Below are positions 59,046-64,000 of a DNA stretch of 64,000 nt, in pieces. Under the pieces are notes generated by a model. That model saw only the letters and a program-made list of their open reading frames with translations. It made no database searches and was not told the origin of the DNA. Source of the stretch: Patescibacteria group bacterium (GTDB lineage: Bacteria; Patescibacteriota; Minisyncoccia; Phycocordibacterales; Phycocordibacteraceae); assembly GCA_038064695.1 (NCBI GenBank), contig JBBTSO010000004.1, positions 15,792 to 79,791 on the forward strand. The letters run 5' to 3'. The first letter of the stretch is position 1. Every line of letters begins with the position of its first letter. The position numbers were made by a program, and so were the translations under genes.

Positions 59046-60791
59046 TCAATAATTAAGCTCTTTGAGATATCCTTCGACTTTTTTATCAAGCTCCGTACGT
59101 TCCTTCTCAAGAACAGCGAGCTCCTTGCGCACAGCAGAGACGTCAACCTCTTCCTCCTTGTCACCATTTTCAATATAGCGACGCACATTAAGATTGAACT
59201 CATTTGCCTCTATCTCTTTGAGATCAACGACCCGGGTGTAGTTATCAATATCCTTAAAGCCGTCATACGCTTTGACGATCTTCTGAATGTCCTGGTAGCG
59301 AAGAGAGTTCTGATTCTTACCCTCAGAAAAGTCCTTTTCACCATCGACAATAAGCACCTTACCTTTGCGAGCTTCTGGCTTGTTTTTGTTGAAGATAAGA
59401 ATCGCTGCTGGAATACTTGTGCCGTAGAAAAGCTTTGATGGGAGTGCGATCACCGCCTCAATGAGATCGTTCTTGAGTATTTGCTCGCGAATACGACCTT
59501 CAGACCCACCTCTAAACAGCACCCCGTGTGGGAGCACGATACCAGCGCGCCCATTCGAATTCATCGATTTAATGATGTGAAGTACGAATGCATAATCAGC
59601 GTTCTTGTTCGGCGGCAATTCATATCCGTCGATACGGCCATATTTGTCCGACTTGAACATCTCATACTCCCAGTCGTTGATTGAGTACGGAGGGTTTGCG
59701 ACACAGATATCAAATGACTTGAGACTGCCATTCGGATTCAGAAACTGTGGGTTAGCCAAAGTATCTCCACGTAGAATGTCGGCGCTGTCGAGACCATGAA
59801 GAAACATGTTGATCTTCGCAATTGCGTATGTACCAATGTTGATCTCTTGGCCGTAGAGATAGAGAGTGCGTGCAACTTGTTCGCCCTCTTTTTCTTTCAA
59901 ATGATGGAACGCTTCAAGAAGGAACCCGCCTGATCCGACCGTAGGGTCGTAGATGTGATCCTTTTTGTGCGGCTTGAGTATTTGTATGATGACGCGCTCT
60001 ACCTCACGCGGAGTATAAAACTCACCTCCTTTCTTCCCAGCGTCAGCCGCGAATTGCTTGATGAGGTATTCGTATGCGTCACCAAGAACGTCGGAGTTAA
60101 TGTAAGTGTCGCCAAAGTTATACTGCGAGAAGTGGTTTATGAGACGCTGTGTCGTTTCGTTCGGGAATCGGTCCTTGTTTGCAAAATCGAGATCGTCAAA
60201 AATTCTGTCGAGTTTCGGGCTGTTTGCATTTGCGAGCTTTTCAAAAATCTCATTGAGTTTCTTGCCGATATTCTCAGCCTTCTCTTCAACGACGGCCCAA
60301 CGGCACTCCTTTGGTACTTGAAAGCGGTGATTGTAGTCTGCCCGCGCGATTGTTTCGTCTTTGAACTCATCCATCACCCGCGCGTACTCCTCATCCCACA
60401 CGTCGCTGATGCGTTTAAAAAAGAGGAGGCCGAAGATGTACTTTTTATAGTCGGAGCTATCAATTTTGCCGCGCAGAATGTCGGCGCTCTTCCAGAGAAA
60501 TTGTTCAAGCTGCGGAAGAGTAAGCTTGCTCCCCATCTTATCGACGATCGTCTGGATGTCTTGGGGGCGGTATTTACGATCCCCACGTTTACCAGAACGC
60601 ATAGGCACTAAAATGCCCTCCTTTTCCCAGTTACGGAGAGTGTCCGGATGGATATTAAAAATCTCTGCCACTTGGCCGATAGAGAGGAGGTCGGGCTTAT
60701 CCTTGAGCTTTGCTTGGATGTCTTTTCTCATAATCTTCATTAATATCCTATCTGACTGCAAATACAAAGTCAAGTGTTCATAGGTCTTCAT
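59046..60791 (-). CDS. hsdM: type I RM N6-adenine DNA methyltransferase M subunit with an N-terminal MerR/excisionase-type HTH extension
   Basis: HsdM_N helix (LPQLEQFLWKSADILRG), SAM motif, catalytic NPPY (ANPPYS). The first ~85 aa (SIGQVAEIFNIHPDTLRNWEKEGILVP) form an HTH_17/MerR-like domain in the same frame. Confidence 0.85.
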   Translation of the reverse strand: MKTYEHLTLYLQSDRILMKIMRKDIQAKLKDKPDLLSIGQVAEIFNIHPDTLRNWEKEGILVPMRSGKRGDRKYRPQDIQTIVDKMGSKLTLPQLEQFLWKSADILRGKIDSSDYKKYIFGLLFFKRISDVWDEEYARVMDEFKDETIARADYNHRFQVPKECRWAVVEEKAENIGKKLNEIFEKLANANSPKLDRIFDDLDFANKDRFPNETTQRLINHFSQYNFGDTYINSDVLGDAYEYLIKQFAADAGKKGGEFYTPREVERVIIQILKPHKKDHIYDPTVGSGGFLLEAFHHLKEKEGEQVARTLYLYGQEINIGTYAIAKINMFLHGLDSADILRGDTLANPQFLNPNGSLKSFDICVANPPYSINDWEYEMFKSDKYGRIDGYELPPNKNADYAFVLHIIKSMNSNGRAGIVLPHGVLFRGGSEGRIREQILKNDLIEAVIALPSKLFYGTSIPAAILIFNKNKPEARKGKVLIVDGEKDFSEGKNQNSLRYQDIQKIVKAYDGFKDIDNYTRVVDLKEIEANEFNLNVRRYIENGDKEEEVDVSAVRKELAVLEKERTELDKKVEGYLKELNY

Positions 60792-60812
60792 AGGTTAATA
60801 ACCTAACTTACG

Positions 60813-62207
60813 TTGCAAAATAAGGATAATTTGGTTATCCACTACCGCACTAGACTTCCTGACCCGGGTCCGGCTATATGTAGCTGTATGGAAAACGCGA
60901 CCCTTTATGGGGCCCAAATAGCCGCCCCTACCCCTCAGGAGGCCGTAGCGATCCGTTATTGCCTGTATGCTCGTAAATCCAGTGTAGCAGAGGAGAAACA
61001 AGCCTTATCGGTAGAATCCCAAGTTAAGGAGATGCTGGCGGTAGCCCAGCGGGAAAATCTTGAAATAGTGGACATTTACCGGGAATCTCATTCGGCCAAG
61101 GCCTGTGGAGAAAGACCTGTCTTTAATCAGCTCTTGAGCGACATCCGGGCAGAGAAATTCAACGGGGTCCTTGTATGGCATCCTGACCGGCTCAGCAGGA
61201 ATGCCGGCGACCTGGGTGCGATCGTAGACCTCTTTGATCAAAAGAAACTCATTGAAATAAAGACTCACAGCCAGCGCTTCACAAATAATCCGAATGAAAA
61301 ATTCCTGCTCATGATTCTTGGTAGCCAAGCAAAGCTGGAGAACGACAACAAAAGCATCAACGTAAAGCGTGGGTTGAAAACTAAGTGCGAACTGGGGCTC
61401 TGGCCGTCGGTGGCACCGACAGGATATTTGAATAGTAAAAACGTAACGCAGAAAGGTCAGGTGTTTGTGGATCCCGAAAGAGCACCTCTCATTAAGGAAC
61501 TTTTTACAAAGTTTGCACACCACGGCATGAGTGGCAGAAAAATCTTTCGTTGGCTTCGCGAGATAGGTTTCCTTACCCGAACTGGCAAACCACTGACGCT
61601 AAGCAACATATACGTTATCTTAAACAACCACTTTTATTACGGTGCTTTTGAATATCCCAAGGCAAGCGGTAGATGGTACCAGGGTAGCCACACTCCCCTC
61701 ATCACCAAGGGGCTCTTTGATGATGTACAGAAACAACTGCAACTACAACGCAAGATTAAGGGAAAGAACAAGGAGTTCGCATTCACGAAGCTAATGACCT
61801 GCGGGCTGTGCGGTTCGGGGATCAGCGCAGAGGAGAAATATAAAAATCTGAAAGACGGATCCGTTGCCAAGTACATCTACTATGGCTGTACCCGGGCACG
61901 AGACATAAACTGCAAGGGTGGATATCTCGAGGAGAGGCAACTTGTCACTCAGTTATTGGAGCTGATGGATAAGGTGGATCTCGACAAATCCGGTATACGA
62001 AAAAAGTTAGAGATGGAGATCGAGCGACATAAAAAGTTCCACTCAAACATTATGGGCAAAAAAGAGGAGGAGTATCGAGCAAAAGATGTCGACATACGAA
62101 ATTACGCAAAGTATGTTTTGAACGAAGGATCCATCTTTGAGAAACGTGACTTGATTGGATGCCTACGTAGCAAAGTGCAGATCTCAAATAAGCGCATATC
62201 CATCTAA
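60813..62207 (+). CDS. large serine recombinase (integrase type)
   Basis: Catalytic YARKSS...Q resolvase domain, recombinase domain, zinc-ribbon CGLCGSG...YYGC, coiled-coil C-terminus. The true start may be ATG 60885. Confidence 0.85.
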   Translation: MQNKDNLVIHYRTRLPDPGPAICSCMENATLYGAQIAAPTPQEAVAIRYCLYARKSSVAEEKQALSVESQVKEMLAVAQRENLEIVDIYRESHSAKACGERPVFNQLLSDIRAEKFNGVLVWHPDRLSRNAGDLGAIVDLFDQKKLIEIKTHSQRFTNNPNEKFLLMILGSQAKLENDNKSINVKRGLKTKCELGLWPSVAPTGYLNSKNVTQKGQVFVDPERAPLIKELFTKFAHHGMSGRKIFRWLREIGFLTRTGKPLTLSNIYVILNNHFYYGAFEYPKASGRWYQGSHTPLITKGLFDDVQKQLQLQRKIKGKNKEFAFTKLMTCGLCGSGISAEEKYKNLKDGSVAKYIYYGCTRARDINCKGGYLEERQLVTQLLELMDKVDLDKSGIRKKLEMEIERHKKFHSNIMGKKEEEYRAKDVDIRNYAKYVLNEGSIFEKRDLIGCLRSKVQISNKRISI

Positions 62208-62215
62208 CTCATTGC

Positions 62216-62255
62216 AAAAAGAAAAACCGCTGAGATTAGTCAGCGGTTTTTCTTC
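62216..62255 (+). terminator. intrinsic terminator after the recombinase gene
   Basis: aaaaaccgctgagattagtcagcggtttttc. Confidence 0.7.
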
Positions 62256-62344
62256 TCTGAATACGGCGCTCAGCCGGTATGCCATGACGGGATGGAGTTA
62301 TCTAGTTTCGACGGCTTTAGGTCCATCGATACTAAACTAGACTG

Positions 62345-62415
62345 CTGGGAGACTTGGATTCGAACCAAGATTGACTGCTCCAGAGGCAGTAGTCCTACCA
62401 TTAGACGATCTCCCA
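62345..62415 (-). tRNA. tRNA-Gln (anticodon CUG)
   Basis: Minus strand UGGGAGA-UC-GUCU...GGAC-U-ACUGC-CUCUGGA-GCAGU-CAAU-CUUGG-UUCGAAU-CCAAG-UCUCCCA-G. U1-A72 as in many tRNA-Gln genes. Confidence 0.8.
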
Positions 62416-62478
62416 GCTGTATTCACGAATCAAAGAACAACTTTTTCATTACCGAGTGAGCGCTGAAAGGAAGCTTTG

Positions 62479-62500
62479 CTTACCACTAGACGATCTCCCA
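62479..62500 (-). pseudogene. partial duplicate of the tRNA-Gln 5' 22 nt
   Basis: ttaccactagacgatctcccaa versus ctaccattagacgatctcccag at 62396-62417. Confidence 0.4.
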
Positions 62501-62598
62501 ATATCCGCTCAGCGTATATGAAAAAGGCTCTTTTTTCAATCTAAAGTTCCCATACTATGAAAACTTATTTTTCTGCATTGCTAAGAGGTTGAAAAACT

Positions 62599-63864
62599 CT
62601 AGTACACCCCGGCTTCTTGTAGGTATGAGTTGAAGAATTGTTTGCAGTCGAAGTCGCCTTCGGTGGTGGCACCTTGGCCGCACTCATTTTGTGCAGGGTC
62701 AGGTATGCCGCAGATTGTGCCGTGGCAGTGGTAGTAGGCGCATTTGTCGGGCTTGGCAAGATGCAAGGCAGTGGGGAAGGCACGTTGGCGTGCTTCATTT
62801 TCTTTCCTAATCTGTTCTTCTCGCGCTCTGATTTTTGCTTCTACGTCGTGCAATTCTTGTTCAAGTGCTTCTTTCTCGGCGAGCCTTCTCTCACGAAGGT
62901 TTTTATAAAAATCTAAGCCGGACTCAATGTTCACTTTGCGTTCAGCGCGAAGCGCGTTTAGTGCACCCTCAAACTGGGTTTTGGTACTTTCGGGCGGAAT
63001 GTAGGTGTCCACTTCGCTCAAATCAACACGAAGTTTGCTTTCGCGCTTCGTTATGTTTTCTATACTGTCATCAACTGCTTGTATTTCGCCAGGTATGGCG
63101 GCCGCTCGGGCACGCAGTGCGGCGAGTTCTGGGTCAAGCGCAGGGTCTAAGAGTCGGCAGCTCGCAAGGTTTGTTGGTGTGTCACCCTCTCCGGATTCAC
63201 CATCGCGAATAGGGTCGGTGAAGGCGTCTTTTCCTTTCGGAGGGTTACATGCTTTTTCTCTCGCGTCTAAGCCCGCGAGGCCTGCGTTAAGTGCTGCACG
63301 GAGCGCCTGTGTGTTTTGTGTAAAGGTGGCTTGGGTTGCCGCCATAGACGCGTCGTAGGCGTCAAAACACGCCTTAGTGTCGGACGCTTCGTATGGAATA
63401 TCGGGTTTCGGCGGGTTTGCGGCGCGACACTGGTCTAAGGCACCTTTCGCGTCTTTGTAGTTTTTATACGCGATGTCGCGCTTTGCAAAGTAGTTTTGAA
63501 ATTCTGCGTACGAAGCACTGTCCGGAGGTGAGGGGATGTCATTAAATCCGCTGACGGCTTCGTCGCGTACTTTTTGTTCGTTAGCGCACGGGTCGGTGGG
63601 CGAGGCACTGAGGCATGCGCTTAAACGTTCCTCCGCAGCCGACCGCTCTTCTGCAAATACTTCCACACTTGCTGCAACTCCCGCATCGTAGAGCCCCTGG
63701 AGTTCTACACGCGCCTCGTCTATCGCGTCGCACGCTATAGCACTGGCATTAAAACTTTGGAGAGCGAGAATGATACCGGCAACCGCCACAGCGGCTACTA
63801 CGACGGCCCCGGCAAGGGTGCGTGAATTCATATCTAAAAACAGTATACTCCTGTTTTGATGCAA
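62599..63864 (-). CDS. hypothetical secreted/membrane-anchored Cys-rich protein
   Basis: 421 aa. N-terminal TM/signal (LAGAVVVAAVAVAGIILAL), long Ala-rich coiled region, C-terminal Cys cluster (CAYYHCHGTICG...CGQG...C). Confidence 0.45.
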   Translation of the reverse strand: MHQNRSILFLDMNSRTLAGAVVVAAVAVAGIILALQSFNASAIACDAIDEARVELQGLYDAGVAASVEVFAEERSAAEERLSACLSASPTDPCANEQKVRDEAVSGFNDIPSPPDSASYAEFQNYFAKRDIAYKNYKDAKGALDQCRAANPPKPDIPYEASDTKACFDAYDASMAATQATFTQNTQALRAALNAGLAGLDAREKACNPPKGKDAFTDPIRDGESGEGDTPTNLASCRLLDPALDPELAALRARAAAIPGEIQAVDDSIENITKRESKLRVDLSEVDTYIPPESTKTQFEGALNALRAERKVNIESGLDFYKNLRERRLAEKEALEQELHDVEAKIRAREEQIRKENEARQRAFPTALHLAKPDKCAYYHCHGTICGIPDPAQNECGQGATTEGDFDCKQFFNSYLQEAGVY

Positions 63865-63912
63865 GGGTAGTATTCCTCCTCACCCATACAACCTTTTTGC
63901 TACAATACTGCT

Positions 63913-64000
63913 ATGGACTTAAGTTTTGTTGAACCGAAGACCGTTTTTTTAATTCTGCACCTCGTGGGGCTGGCGTTAGGTGTTGGGGGAGCGTTGATAT
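63913..64000 (+). CDS. 5' end of a membrane-protein gene running off the window
   Basis: ATG at 63913 translates MDLSFVEPKTVFLILHLVGLALGVGGALI, a hydrophobic helix. Truncated by the window end. Confidence 0.3.
   Translation, partial: MDLSFVEPKTVFLILHLVGLALGVGGALI

Larger units (their letters stand above)
48690..62345. mobile_element. putative integrated defence island (about 13.6 kb) ending at tRNA-Gln
   Basis: Contiguous block that looks AT-richer than its flanks (by eye). It carries a large serine recombinase next to a tRNA gene, a type I RM system with embedded accessory genes, phage-type Imm and XRE genes, and candidate toxin-like genes. There is an 8-bp inverted repeat beside the tRNA 3' end. 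Confidence 0.5.

Noticed and set aside
57236-59203. Extended 655-aa version of the OLD-family ORF starting at 59203.
   Set aside because: The extra 54 codons overlap the 3' end of hsdM in another frame and are Arg/Leu/Ser-rich. The ATG at 59041 is 4 nt after the hsdM stop and begins the conserved MKLTKFRIKNY ATPase N-terminus.
62479-62500. The tRNA-Gln 5' duplicate as the second boundary (attR) of the defence island.
   Set aside because: It lies on the far side of the tRNA, away from the island, so it cannot delimit the 48.7-62.3 kb block. I kept it only as a partial tRNA duplication.

Overview
The window is mostly compact, co-directional housekeeping genes from a small-genome bacterium; being CPR/Patescibacteria-like is an inference from gene content, not a tested assignment. 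Core genes include the infC-rpmI-rplT ribosomal operon, smpB beside an unannotated tmRNA, ftsH, recG, malic enzyme, zwf, ligA, gatCA, the guaB-like/add/guaA purine genes, prfB, ftsEX, pyrG and msrA. There is a complete type IV pilus locus (pilM, pilN-like, pilO-like, pilB, a CheY-like regulator, pilT, pilC, a major pilin, prepilin peptidase pilD) followed by four tandem pseudopilin genes. Three of those pseudopilin genes share a near-identical 5' segment built from heptanucleotide tandem repeats whose copy number differs between paralogs. Ten tRNA genes are present, including a tRNA-Ile with anticodon UAU and two tRNA(CAU) genes; tRNA-Met, tmRNA, tRNA-Ile and tRNA-Gln are all flanked by partial duplicates of their own ends. 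From about 48.7 to 62.3 kb lies an AT-richer block (judged by eye) that abuts tRNA-Gln and a large serine recombinase. It carries a type I restriction-modification operon (hsdM-hsdS-hsdR with a DUF45/M48-like gene) that has two extra genes embedded with 4-nt overlaps: an OLD-family ATPase/Toprim nuclease and an uncharacterised 387-aa membrane-anchored protein. The same block also has a T4 Imm-like superinfection-immunity gene, an XRE regulator and putative HEPN-like and MazF-like genes, so it reads as an integrated defence island. The most interesting leads are the RM-embedded OLD plus unknown gene pair, the heptamer-repeat pilin leaders, the tmRNA, and the repeated tRNA/tmRNA end scars.
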